A DNA stretch of 64,000 bases, taken from positions 92,206,044 through 92,270,043 of the forward strand of contig NC_057718.1 in assembly GCF_004010195.1 (NCBI RefSeq), written 5' to 3'. The position numbers and the translations under genes were made by a program. Below are positions 49,062 to 62,067 of the stretch, piece by piece. How positions within the stretch are numbered: the first letter of the stretch is position 1; each line of letters starts with the position of its first letter. This DNA is from Chiloscyllium plagiosum. Lineage: Eukaryota. The notes beneath the pieces are model-generated. The model saw only the letters and a program-made list of their open reading frames with translations. It was not told the origin of the DNA and did no database searches.

Positions 49062-50750
49062 TGGAATCATAGAATAGTTACAGCATAAACAGAAACCATT
49101 CAGACTTCTGAATCCATGTCATTTCCATGTAAGAACAATTTAATTCGTCCTGTTCACTGTGCTTTCCCTATAGTTCTGGAATTCTTCACTTTTCAGATTC
49201 ATATTCAATTCTCTTTAAAAGCCATCATTGAATCTGCCTCCAACACGCTCTCAAGCTTGCAATACAGATTACAACCACTGGCTTCCTGATAAACTTTCCT
49301 TTGTGCCGACTTTTGTTCTTTTGCCAATCATCTTAAATCTGTATCTTCTGGTTCTTGACCCTTCAATCATTTGAAACAATTTCAATCCACACTGTCCAGG
49401 ACCCCTCTTGATTTTGAAAACATCTATCAAATCTCCTCTCCAATTTCTCTTCACTAAGGAAACAACTCCAACTTCTACAATCCAATTTCCTCATCCACAT
49501 AACTGAAATCCCTCCCTTCCAGAACCATGGGTGGCATGGTGGCACAATGGTTCGCACTGCTGCCTCACACCGCCAGAGACCCGGGTTCAATTCCCACCTC
49601 AAGCAACTGTCTGTGTGGGGGTTGCACATTCTCCCCGCGTCTGCATGGGTTTCCTCCGGGTGCTCAGGTTTCCTCCCACAGTCCAAAAAAACAAATGTGC
49701 AGGTTAGGTGAATTGGCCATGCTAAATTGCCCGCAGTGTTAGGTGAAAAGGTAAATGTATGGGAATGGGTCGAGGTGGGTTGCTCTTCAGAGGGTCGGTG
49801 TGGACTTGTTGGGCCGATGGGCCTGTTTCCACATTGTAAGTAATCTAAATTCTTGTCAATCTTTTCTGAATCCTGATCAAAGCCTTCACATTTGTCCTAA
49901 AATATTGTATCCAGAACTGGATCCAATATCCAATTGAAGCTAACACAGAGTTTTATAAAAAATAATTGGTGAGAAAAAGAGATTTGCTGTTAAAGGTATT
50001 TTTCTTGCACTTATCAGGACAAATGCAAGAATACCAAATTGTAAAGGGTACACCAACTTATACTGCATGCAAAAAAGTATACTGATTGATTGGTTGAATT
50101 CTGATGGGATAAGGCATTCAATGGAGAATATACCAAGGAACAGGTGCATCATAGGCTTCTTATAAAAGTTCATCAATGTTTCCCTTATCTTTTGTATTCT
50201 ATGCTTCTACTTCCGAAGCTCAGATCCTGCAAATGTTTTAAACTATCCGCCCTGTCATCTTTAGCAATGTGCGTTTATATACCCCAAGACCCATTTGCTC
50301 CTAGCTCCATTTTAGGAATGCACTCTTTACTTTATACTACTTGTTCTCATTCCTCTTCCCAAAACATTTCACACATCTCTACATTCAATTTCATCTGCTA
50401 GGTATCCGCTCATCCCACCAACCAGTTTATGTTCTCTTGAGGTCTATCGCAATTCACACTTTAAAGTGTTATGCAAGTGTTGAAACTATTTCCCATTCAC
50501 CCAAGTCTAGGTTATCAATTTGTATTGGGAGAAATAGTGGTCATAATACTAAATCCTGGAGAATTTCACTGTTTATCTTCTTCCAATCTGAAAAATAAGC
50601 ATGTCACTCGGCCAACACTGTAAACATACTGCCCTCTCCCTTTAATTTCATGGACTTCAACTAACAAACTTATTTTGAAGCCCTTATCTTTCACAAGTCT
50701 ATAAACCATGTCAATTACTCTGATGCATACTCCCTATTACATCACCAAAC
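49062..50750 (-). mobile_element. Old CR1 LINE remnant, fragmented, with an HE1 SINE inside
   Basis: Minus RGDLIDVFKI, LDIGSSSG and DLDLGE-like motifs; tail atcatagaatagttacagca. Confidence 0.7.
49529..49848 (+). mobile_element. HE1-type V-SINE
   Basis: tggcacaatgg, gggttcaattcc, V core, tail gtaagtaatcta. Confidence 0.92.
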
Positions 50751-50809
50751 AAAATGTCAAATTGTAGAGTCATAGAGACTTACAGCACAGAAAAGTCCCT
50801 TCAGCCCAT

Positions 50810-51613
50810 TGTTACAACACGGAGGTGAACCCCTCTGTTATTTAAACCCAACCACCCAGAAAAGCTCACCTCACCTCATCATCTGTTAAAATATGAGTGA
50901 CAGAGAACTCCCAAATTCCACTATTTAAAGAAAATAATGTCAATTTATTTTTAAACTCTAAAAGTGAACATTAAAGAACAACTATTCACAACTCTAAGCC
51001 CCCTCACAACTCTAAGCCCCCTTTCTCTTAACTGCTTATTATCTGCCTCCAACTCTATAACAATATGCAGTTCCAAAAAAACACTTAGTAAAATTACATC
51101 AGCTTTATTTTAAAACCACACGGCCATTGTCATTTTCTGTGTCTTTCTTCTTCCAGCTGAGGATCTCCCTGGGTCATCTTCTTTCTTTTTATTGTGGGTA
51201 TGTTTCATATGAAAAGATACTTTTGATAGCCAGTGTTTCCTAATTTCTTGGAGAGCAAGATGTTAGATCTGCAGGCTTTTCTGTCTCAATGGCAATTTTC
51301 AAAATGTCTGCATTTTTATATCCCAAACATCAGATCATCTCATTGGTTCGATGTTGGCAAAACAATAAATTCAAACTTGATTGGGTTTTAGTATTCGGGG
51401 GCATAATTTAAATTAATTGGTTAAATTCGAAGTGTTGTCAAAACAGCAATCAAAACTCAGGTATCTCTTCACTACCAAATATTACATCTTTTAAATTTTC
51501 CAGTACATCCTGGTACTGCTATCTAGTCATATCACAGGTACTTGTGATCTCTCAGTTCAGAACAGCACTCACTCTGTCTTAAAGATACTGTACACTTTTT
51601 CAATGTCACAACA
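50810..51613. mobile_element. Solo LTR (804 bp) with 4-bp TSD, inserted in a CR1 tail
   Basis: TGTT...AACA termini with ccat at 50806-50809 and 51614-51617. The flanks rejoin as CR1 tail cttcagcccat|caagtc. Internal 18-bp duplication at 50986-51021. Confidence 0.82.
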
Positions 51614-52739
51614 CCATCAAGTCTATGTCAGTCAAAGACAAGCATCTCACTATTCCAATCCCATTTCCCAGAACTTGGACCATAGCCTTGCTGTTTGTTG
51701 TATATAAAAATTATTCAGTGTTGATTGTAGAAAAGTTGATCAGGTTATATAAAAATTGTTAGGATGATAAATACTGATGAGGACAGCCTGAGTCTATTAA
51801 AGGATATAGATGGGCTGATCAGTGGTAAATGGAACTCAATACAGACAAGAGTGAGGTGATGCACACAGGCAGAACAAACAAGACTAAGGGAATGTGTGAT
51901 AAATGGTAGGATCTTGCAGAATACAAAGATCAGACAAGCACCTCAATGTAGTTCAGAATGAACCAAGTCAGAGGCAAGTTACAGAAAATGACCAAGTTTT
52001 CCAATTTGTTAATCTCACATCCCATGTCAATGTTATAAGGTGTTCCATGGGAGACAGTTTACAAGACACCATCTCACATTATACAACATATCACTAGTTC
52101 TGTGCACTGACAGAATCTCACCACAGTGACAATAAGCAAGCTCATCTAGGATTCCAAAAATCTTCTCCCTGGTAGATGCTCTTAATTACAAAGCTGAAGA
52201 CTGAAAGTAATTCCATTGTCCTTACCTCTGGATCACACTATCACCTCTCTTCCATGAACCTTTGGTCTATGGTTCCACTGTGATCCTGGACCTCAGGTGG
52301 ATGTTTTGCCATCTCATTCATTGGTGTTTTTGCAATGAACATCAGCAACCCTCTGATAGACTGGATGCTCTCAGTGGATAGGAGTGTACCATAGGGGTCC
52401 ACAATCACACGGATAGCCTAACCATGGCCACTTAAGTGCCTGCAGTCTCTGACAAGTGAACAAGTGTTGGATCTCCCTCATAGTGCACTGCTATCTGAAA
52501 TTTGGGATGCACTTAATTGGACACATCTCATTTGAAAACCTGCTGGATTTGCTAAATTTAAATTATAGAAGGAAGTACATTTCAACTCCATAATCTTGAT
52601 TTGCTTAATCATTGGAGATGATTCAATTTTTGTATCCTCTCCAGAGCTCATGGATGCCAAGACCTACGCTAGGGAAACAATCACTCCATTAATACTAAGC
52701 TATGAAGCACATTACTGTAGTATAAAACAAAGGAGTGGG

Positions 52740-52960
52740 GATGGTGGAAATCTGAAACAAAAACAAAAAGTGTTGGGGAAAATCACTAGTTGTGGCAGAG
52801 TCTGTTGAGAGAAAAGCAGAGTTAATGTTTAGAGTCCAACAACCCTTTGTCAGAGCTGAAAATGACTGGGAAAGGATGGTAAGTATGTTAATGATGGAGG
52901 GGAAAGGTTGGTAGGAAGTGAATAGGATATATGGAATCAGTGCTGAGAGAGAGAGAGCAG
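52740..52960 (-). mobile_element. Penelope-like 3' fragment (family B), degenerate
   Basis: agagaaaagcagagttaatgtttagagtccaacaaccctttgtcagag is homologous to 41850-41895. Confidence 0.6.
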
Positions 52961-53892
52961 AATGTCTCACTTGTCCATGAATTAATATTGCCTGCAAAGC
53001 ATGTCTGAGTTGTGGGTCCAGAGCCCAAACCTCAGAGCAATGGAACCCATCCTAAAATAGAAATCAGGCAGAGAGTCATAAAGTGACATGATGATTGCAA
53101 TTAATTACATAGTGCATGCACAGGGAGAAGTATTGATTGCAGCTTCCATCCTAATGAACACTGTTTGTAAACTGCACAACCATGAAGAACCCAGCCCCTT
53201 TACAACACTGTGTGTATTTGGTAGAACAAAAAAATCTTAGAGTCCATGAAAGTAAATAAAACATTTGTGCACTTGTCCTTCCCCCCCAAAGTACATTGAG
53301 GAAATGTTGCAACTGATGTATGAAGAGGTGGAGCTGAATGGTCAGATTCCAATCTCACACTTCTGCTGTTTCAGAGCAGCAATTGGCAGGAGCTCTTACC
53401 AAGTTATCTGCCCCTCTCAAACAAAGTATAATGTTGGCAGGGTAACCTAAAAAATAGGAGAAAAGTATTTTTTAAGGGAAAACAAAACTTGCCACAATAA
53501 ATAAATTTTAATAAATCTATCACTCATAACTCAGATAATTCATCTTTAATTGTTTCTGATGGATGACTTGTTGGAATGTAATAACTTCCTGAGCAGTTTC
53601 CCTGTTCCTCTCTTGTTTTTCCCTTTCATTGATTAAAGACAGTTGTCATGATATGGCTCAATGTGTGCTAGGCACCCTGGAATACCTATTCAAGTGAACA
53701 ATAATCACGTGTAGGTGTAGGCGGTGAATCTTGGTAGCTATTTCCTTATAGACTGGAGGCCGATCATACTCTTATCCAGTGGCCGATGTACATACACCAT
53801 TCTACACAGGGATTACTGGATCTAAACCACAAGCATGTACCTTGCTTTAAGATAAGGGCGATGAGACCACTTGTAGATCCCAGCTGTGTCAG

Positions 53893-53964
53893 GTGTGTGC
53901 TGGTGGGAAAGCACAGCAGGTCAGGCAGCATCCGAGGAGCAGGAAAATTGACGTTTTGAGCATG
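53893..53964 (-). mobile_element. Penelope-like pLTR fragment (family A)
   Basis: gtgtgctggtgggaaagcacagcaggtcaggcagcatccgaggagcaggaaaattgacgtttt. Confidence 0.8.
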
Positions 53965-56900
53965 GCGGGATAAAACCTGGATTTGTGCAGCTGAAATCCA
54001 AACAAGGTAGCACACACTTCCTAACGGAGCTGCTGGAGCAATTGATGAAGCTACTGGCTAACTTGCCTTTCCACTTCGGCAAATAATATTTTCTGCTGTT
54101 ATTTGTCACATGGATGCAATGTCATTGCTACTCAGTTTGTAATGACATTAGTCATTGTTGAGAATGGGCTAGTGGGATGGAGATGTTGTGTAGTTAGCTT
54201 CTTGATCTTTCACCTGCTGGCCACAGATTTTATTTCTCTCCACAAAAGAGCGTACCAACCTGTGACCATCTAGAAAGCACTATATCTAATCTACATTTAA
54301 ATGTCAGAGTTCACTGTTATGAATCAGTCAGTCTGATTGTATTATTATCTCTTCTGTTCCAAAGGGTTCACAGGATATTCAGACCATCATTAGTGGGTGA
54401 GATTGCCTCAGTCCTTTTCTATTTATGTCACTTGTGTATCCAACATCAATCCTTTTATGATAATTTATAGGAATCCAATTCTTTTCACTGATTGGGATAG
54501 AACTGTGTTGCATCTGCTACAATGCAAGTCACCAATTCATATCATTACAGTAACAATGATTTGTCTACTTTCTGACATTATGAAGAAGTACTGTGCATCA
54601 GGAAACACTAAGTACCCTCATTTTCAATGCTCTAATAATAACATATTTTACCTGAATGCAGTAACACATTGTACATTTTGTTTTAAATTGCCTCTTGCGA
54701 TGAACCCATGTTGTAATTAACAACCATTGATTCTCATCATCTAAGAACAAGCAGCGTGGCAGGTGAAAGACACTATGGTGTTTCTTATAAGCTTTCTTGA
54801 TATCTCTTGCCCTTAGATATGGAAAGAGGTTGGTTTAAGTGCGTTCGTTAAATGTGTTAAAGTGACTGACATGAATCTCCTTCCAAATGACTGAGTGAGG
54901 TGACAAGTGATTACTTTTAGAGGATGGGAAGGCAGTCTCACAACCAAGGAGGCACTGGAAACAAAGCAGCTAGAATTCCTAATGAGGAGACTGATTCTGC
55001 CTGAGGATGGAGAGATGGAACAATAGGATGACACAGATATTACTAAGTATGGTGTTTACAGAAATTAGCTGAGATGAAACGCGTATACACTACAGAATGT
55101 AATTGTCAGCATTCAACAATCACATCAAGCGATAACCAACTTCAAAGGGACTGTGAAAACTTTCAAGATGGTTGGGAAAGTTTAAAATTGACAGACTAAG
55201 TTTATTCCTTTGGAGAGGTGTTAACTCAAACTAGGGGTCCAGAATAAGGTCATCTCAGGGTTTTCTGCTTACCAAAGGGAACACTTGCTCCCAGAGTATC
55301 CATGTTGGAACTTCCAGAATATTGCACATTATATTCTGACTCAAATAGAAACTGCATCAAAACTCCCAACGTGCATCCACAGCAAAGGAAGATCCCAAAT
55401 AGGAGCAGTAAATTGGAAATGCAATTTTGAAATAGCTTTAATTTACATATAGCCTGTCGTGACTTTAGAGTATCCCACAGCTCTTTGACATGGATGTAGC
55501 ATTATCACTGTTATAGTCAAATTATTGTTTGAAAACATAATGCTTGGGGAAAATTGGACTCTTCCCACCCCACCTTATTCCCATTCCTATTTTCCTTTCC
55601 TTTGCTCAAGATGGTAATTCAAATTGCAGTCTGTTGTGTAAGGTAATGACTCGGAAAGGGTTAGTGTTGGAGACACTAAGCTCCATTCAATCTGATGATG
55701 CAATACAGATTTAGATGGGAAAAGTGGGAAAATAGCTCTGGATCTTGAAAAGGGGAAAGATGTGGCATCTGTGTCCCCCATATTCTTTGCTAATGTGACT
55801 TATACTTAACTACTTTCATGCAATAAACTAAGCCTTGTGATGGAAGAGTATCTTCATGTTAACACTCACTAATGGTTGTTCCTCTGGCATTATAGGGCAA
55901 ATAGAATCTTATATCCAATTAAGAAAACTGAAACGGTGGAAGCGTTCTTCTATCCACAAATACCCATGGGGATGAGCAATGGTCACTGTTGCTCAACATG
56001 ACAAATGTACAATAGTGAAAAAACCCATTGGGCTCAGGAGAAGAAATCTTCATAAGACTGAGTCAGTTTACCATTTTCAGAACTTTGCTGCATTAAAAAC
56101 TATTCACAAAGACAGTCAGCAGCTGTAGGCACTTGAACAAACAAGCAGTCATCAGGATTTAATGGGAACGTCAATGAGGGAGAAACAGTTCAGAACCAGA
56201 GTGACAGTGAGATCTACCAGAAGGAGAGCAAACTGACTGTGGTACAGGAAGCCATTCTAGAACCAGGAGGAAATAGAAATGTAGTTATGGTAAACAATAG
56301 GATACTTATGGGGATGGATTCTGTACTCTGCAGCCAGGAGTGCAAGTTCCAAAGGTTGAGTTGCCTGCCTGGTGCCAGCCTAAGGACAGGGCAGGAGAGG
56401 AACATGGAGTAGGAGGGGAGGGATCCAGTTGTCAACATCCAAGTTGGAACTGATGACATTGATAGGGCCAAAAAGGAGGTTCTGCTAAAAAAAGATGTTG
56501 AATGGTTAAGAGCTACACTTAAAAAGCAGAACTTTCAAGGTAAAAATCATAGGATTACTACCTGTGCCACAGAAAAACTGGTGTAGGATATATAAAGTTG
56601 AGGATTTACATGAATAGTTCAAAGATTGTAGTGGTGAAATGGGTTTTGGTTCATGGGGCACTGGCACCAGCACTGGGCAGAAGGGGGGTGTTCCAATGGG
56701 AAATACTTCACTTGAAAGGTTCTGGATCAAATATACTGGAAAAATTAATAACTATTCCAGTAGAGAGGGCTTTAACTAATTAGAAGGGATAAAGATTTAG
56801 GAAGCAAAAGGATGTAGTGGTAATACAGGGCAACTATTTTGGTAATGATGCACAGAGTGGAAGAGGAAGGGTCAGTATAACATTAAAAAAAGCAGGAGAA

Positions 56901-57447
56901 CAGGGTGAAAGGGGGGAAAAGATGGTTAAGAAGACAAAATTAACTTTACTTAAAATGGAACAAAATAAATGAACTACACAAGTAGAGATTAATAGGTAAG
57001 TTCTTATAGCTATGACAGAGGCATGGAAATCAAAACTGGGAACTGAGTATTCAATGAAATGTTACTTTTTTAAAGGCTAGATGAAAAGGGAAGGATCATG
57101 GGGTAGGTTTGTTAGTTTGGAATAAATACAATAAAAAGAATCTTGAATCAGATGATGCAGAATCCATATGGGTGGAGATAAAAGGAAACTAGGGGAAAAA
57201 GACATCATGGTGAGCAGCCTGGAATGTTTCTAACAGTAACTGTTCTGTAGGACACAGAATAAATTAGGAGACAAAGAGGACATGTGCAAAAAAAGGCAGT
57301 ACATTAATCATGGGTGACTTTAAACTTCATGTAGGTTAAGAAAATCAAATTGGCAGAGGTAACCATAAGAAAAAAATCATACAGTGCATCTGGAACAGTT
57401 TCCTGGAGCAATATGTTTTGAAGGGGTAAAGATTTAGGAAGCAAAAG

Positions 57448-58686
57448 GATGTATCCTAGGATTATGTGGGAAGCAAGAGAGGAAATTGCAGAGCCTTTGG
57501 CAATGATCTTTTCGTCTTCACTGTCAANNNNNNNNNNNNNNNNNNNNNNNNNNNNNNNNNNNNNNNNNNNNNNNNNNNNNNNNNNNNNNNNNNNNNNNNN
57601 NNNNNNNNNNNNNNNNNNNNNNNNNNNNNNNNNNNNNNNNNNNNNNNNNNNNNNNNNNNNNNNNNNNNNNNNNNNNNNNNNNNNNNNNNNNNNNNNNNNN
57701 NNNNNNNNNNNNNNNNNNNNNNNNNNNNNNNNNNNNNNNNNNNNNNNNNNNNNNNNNNNNNNNNNNNNNNNNNNNNNNNNNNNNNNNNNNNNNNNNNNNN
57801 NNNNNNNNNNNNNNNNNNNNNNNNNNNNNNNNNNNNNNNNNNNNNNNNNNNNNNNNNNNNNNNNNNNNNNNNNNNNNNNNNNNNNNNNNNNNNNNNNNNN
57901 NNNNNNNNNNNNNNNNNNNNNNNNNNNNNNNNNNNNNNNNNNNNNNNNNNNNNNNNNNNNNNNNNNNNNNNNNNNNNNNNNNNNNNNNNNNNNNNNNNNN
58001 NNNNNNNNNNNNNNNNNNNNNNNNNNNNNNNNNNNNNNNNNNNNNNNNNNNNNNNNNNNNNNNNNNNNNNNNNNNNNNNNNNNNNNNNNNNNNNNNNNNN
58101 NNNNNCGTTCATTAGCAGAGGGATTTAATTCAAGAGTCGTGAAGTGATGTTGCAGCTGTACAGGAATTTGGTTAGGCCACAGTTTGAGTACTGTGTGCAG
58201 TTCTGGTCGCTTCACTTTAGGAAAGATGTGGAAGCTTTGGAGAGGGTGCAGAGAAGATTTACCAGGATGTTGCCTGGAATGGAGAATAGGTCATACGAGG
58301 ATAGGTTGAGAGTGCTAGGCCTTTTCTCATTGGAATGGCGAAGGATGAGGGGTGACTTGATAGACGTTTATAAGATGATCAGGGGAATAGATAGAGTAGA
58401 CAGTCAGAGACTTTTTCCCGGGGTACAACAGAGTGGTACAAGGGGACATGAATTTAAGGTGAAGGGTGGAAGGTATAGGGGGGATGTCAGGGGTAGATTC
58501 TTTACCCAGAGAGTGGTGGAGGCATGGAATGCGCTGCCTGTGGGAGTGGCAGAGTCAGAATTATTGGTGACCTTTAAGCGGCAATTGGATTGGTACATGG
58601 ATAGGTGCTTAAGCTAGACAAATGTTTCGGCACAACATCGTGGGCCGAAGGGCCTGTTCTGTGCTGTATTGTTCTATGTTCTATGA
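57448..58686 (+). mobile_element. Young 5'-truncated CR1/HER1 LINE spanning the assembly gap
   Basis: MYPRIMWEAREEIAEPLAMIFSSSL before the gap; open frame LYRNLVRPQFEYCVQFWS...FKRQLDWYMD after it; (gttctat)n tail. Confidence 0.88.
57528..58105. other. Assembly gap (578 N)
   Basis: Run of n characters. Confidence 1.
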
Positions 58687-59029
58687 ATCCAAGCAGTAAT
58701 CAAACAATTTCAATCTGGCAATATATAATGAGAGAGTTAAATAAAAAATCTCAGAGTAAAAGATCCCTGATGGAACAGCGACCATAACATGGTAGAATTT
58801 AGCATTCAGTTTGAGAAGGAGAAACTTGAGTTGGAAACAACTGTGCTAGTCATAAATAATTACATAGGGATGAAGGCAGAGTTGTCTGGAGCAAACTGGG
58901 AAAGAAGCTTAGCAGAAAAGATATTTGAGGTACAATAACACATGTTTAAATAAATACTTATTGACTCACAGCAAAGATGTATCCCAGTCAGGAAGATGGA
59001 TTAGTGATGTGCTTAAACCAACCATGGTT

Positions 59030-59365
59030 CACAGAATCCTTGCAGTGTGGAAACAGACCATTCAGCTAAGCTGGCCCACACTGATCCTCTAAAAAGCATT
59101 CTACCCAGACCCATCCCCCTACATCTCCCATGGCTAACCCACCTAGCATGCACATCCCTGAACATTATGGGAAATTTAGCATAGCCAGTCCACCTAACCT
59201 GTACATCTTTGGATTGTGGGAGGAAACTGGAGCACTTGGCAGAAACAGATGCAGACACAGGAAGAACATGCAAACTCCACACAGACAACTGCCCAAGGGT
59301 AGAATCAAACCTGGCTCCCTGGCACTGTGAAGTGGCAGTGCTAACCACTGAGCAACCATGCTGTC
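59030..59365 (-). mobile_element. HE1-type V-SINE nested in CR1
   Basis: Reverse-complement head and V core; CR1 aaccatggt continues as ctaaagaggttaaagatag. Confidence 0.9.
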
Positions 59366-60999
59366 CTAAAGAGGTTAAAGATAGAATCAAATTGAAAGAC
59401 AGAACATATAACGTGCCAATGTCTAGTGGTAAACCAAGTATTGGGAAAAATTTAAAATCCAATGAGAGATGACCAAAAAGAAAGAGGGGAAAAATAACTA
59501 TGAGGAAATAAACTATGAGGATAAACTAGCAAGTAAAATAAAAGCAGACAAGAACTTTTTCGGTATTTAAAAAGGAAGTGAGAGTCCAAACTAAACATTG
59601 ACCACTTAGAAAATGAGTCAGAGGAAATAATAATGAGACAGCAGGAAATTGCAGATGAGTTAAATAAGTATGTTCTATTAGTCTTTACAGTAGATGTCAC
59701 AAATAGCATTCCAAAAATATTAAATAATCGAGGGGCTAATTGGGCAGAAGGAAATTGTATCACTTAGAGAAGTTGTACTCAGGAAACTAATGGTGCTAAA
59801 AGCTGTTTTACCTCTTGGATCTGATGGGATGCATTCAAGGATTTTAAAGGAAGTAGCTACTAAGATTGTGGATGCACTGGTAGTGTTCTTCCAACAATCT
59901 TTAGATCCTGGAAAAGTCACAGAGGTTTGGAAAACTGCCAGTGTAATACCCTTATTACAAAAGGGAGGAAGAAAGAAAAAGGTAACTTATAGGTCAGTTA
60001 AAATAATATCTTTCATAATATCTATTATGAAACATGTCATAGCAGGTTATTTACAAATCCATAACATGATCAAGCAAACTAATCATGCCTTCATGAAGGG
60101 CAAACCGTGCCCAAAACATTATGAGCCTTCTTTGAGGAGAAAGCAAGCAATACAGATCAAAGGGAATGAGGAGTTGTCATGTATTTTGAGTTCCAATAGC
60201 GTTCAATACTATTCCATGCAAGACTACTTAATAAAATAAGAACTGCTGGTGTTAGGATTAGAATAGAGGCATTTTCAGGTGGTAATCTGAAACTAATATA
60301 ATGCCACAAGAATTACTGCTGGGCCACATTTACTTACAACGTATACTTTTTCACTACGTTTGCAGAAGACAATACATTGGGGGGAAGGCAGGTAGTGAAT
60401 AAAAATATGGAGATCTTGTTAAAGCTATACCAGACACTTGTCAGACCACACCTGGACTACTGCAAACAGTTTTGGTCCCCCTATCTAAGAGAGATATCCT
60501 ATCACTGGAAGCAGTCCAGAGAAGGTTCATCATGCCAATTCTGACAATCGACTGATTTTGTTCCAGGTTGAATAGATTGGAATGGTACTCATTGAAGTCT
60601 AGAAGATTGAGAGGAGAACTTATTGAAACATATAAGATTCTTGGGGGGGGGGGGGGGGGGTGGAGGCTTGACAGTGTAAATGCAGAGATGTTGTTTTCCT
60701 TTGTAGGAGAGTCCAAGATAAGAAGGCATAATCTCAGAGTAAGAGATCACACATTTAAAACCAAGATGAGGAGGAATTTCTTCTCTCAGAGGGCAGTGAA
60801 TTTGTAGAATTCTTTACCACAGAGGGCTGTCCAGGTTGGATCAATAAGTATATTCAAGGCTGAGATAGACAGACTTTAATCAAGAGTTATGGTGATTAAG
60901 GCAGGAAGGTGGAGTGAAGGATAACCAGAGCAGCCATAATTTCATTGAACAGCAGACCAAACTCAATGGCCTACTTCAGCTTCCATATCTTATGATCAC

Positions 61000-61765
61000 C
61001 ACCCAGTTCATGTGAAAACAAAGTCCATCCTCATATTGAGGATAGCCTCCATCATAGTGTGTGTCACTATCATCATGTTAAATGGGACAGACTCTGAACA
61101 GATCTAGCAACTCAGACCTGGGTGTGTATGAAAATTTGTGAGCCATCAGCAGCAGCAGAATTCAATTGAATTCTGCTGCTGCTGATGGCTCACAAAACAT
61201 GTAACCTCATGGCTTGGCACAAGACTCACTCTACCATTGTCATCAAGCCAGAGGACTAACCCTAGCTCAGTGAAGAATGCACAAGGACATGTCAGAAGTC
61301 CTTAAAAATCAGCTTACAGAGCAAAAAGCTGAAGAATTTGTGTATGCCTTCAGCCAGAAGTGTCACACCTCTTCCAACTCGATTCGCTCCACAGGATATC
61401 AAGAAGTGGTTGAAGACATCATACTATAAAGGCTGTGGACCCTAACAACATTCTAGTAATTGTGTTGAAGACTTGTGGTCCAGCAATAACTACCCCTCTA
61501 TCCAAGCTGATCCAGTGCAGCTATGACATTGTTATCTACCTAACAATGTGAAAAGTTGCCCAGATAATTCCTGTCCATAAAGAACAGGACAAACTTGAGC
61601 CAGCCAATTACTGCTGATTCAGAATATTGTCAATAATCAGTAATGTGATGGAAAGTGTTATCAATAATGCAATCAAGTAGCTTTGGCTCAGCAATTCTCA
61701 TTGATGCTCAGTTTGGTTTTCACCAGGACCATGTACCTCCTGATGTCATTACAGCCTTGGTCCAT
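61000..61765 (+). mobile_element. LINE family B internal fragment
   Basis: KAVDPNNI, PLSKLIQCSY, QFGFHQDHVPPDVITALV; homologous to the reverse complement of 33350-34900. Confidence 0.8.
61135..61196. repeat. Perfect 62-bp spacerless palindrome
   Basis: tttgtgagccatcagcagcagcagaattcaa|ttgaattctgctgctgctgatggctcacaaa. Confidence 0.97.
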
Positions 61766-62067
61766 CTATCAAGAATTTTTTTAAAAATCACTCAACTCTA
61801 GTTCTGCTGGGTAGGACACATCATTCACAAGCTTAACACCAGATTCACAAAGAAATGTTACTACTTTGAAATTGGCATTGGCCAAAGCTCTCTCCAATTG
61901 TTATGGTGACTGAGCAGAACTCTGAGTGGTCTGAATGGCACTTTGCATCCTTTGAGTGGAAGATATAAAGGCAGTATTTTTTTCACAATTTATTTATTGA
62001 AGATTAAAAGTGTGCATTTATATTACTTGACAGTTACAGGTATTCCACCTGCCAAAATAAACAAAAT

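Larger units (their letters stand above)
56180..60995 (+). mobile_element. Long decayed CR1 LINE: ORF1 esterase-like, EN, RT and 3' UTR, with nested younger CR1 and SINE
   Basis: ORF1 RNVVMV...LSCLPGA and DPVVNIQVGTDDI; EN ESIWVEI and LIMGDFK; RT GSDGMHSRILKE and WKTASVIPLLQKG; C-terminal LRGELIETYKIL. Confidence 0.88.

Noticed and set aside
52150..52480. Possible Harbinger transposase relic on the minus strand
   Set aside because: There is only a faint GYP-like motif, which is insufficient without a profile search.
57304..58215. ORFs of 216-303 aa
   Set aside because: Their length is an artefact of the N gap; the flanks are CR1.
61135..61196. Possible miRNA precursor
   Set aside because: There is no loop or bulge, it lies within a LINE remnant, and I recognise no known mature miRNA.
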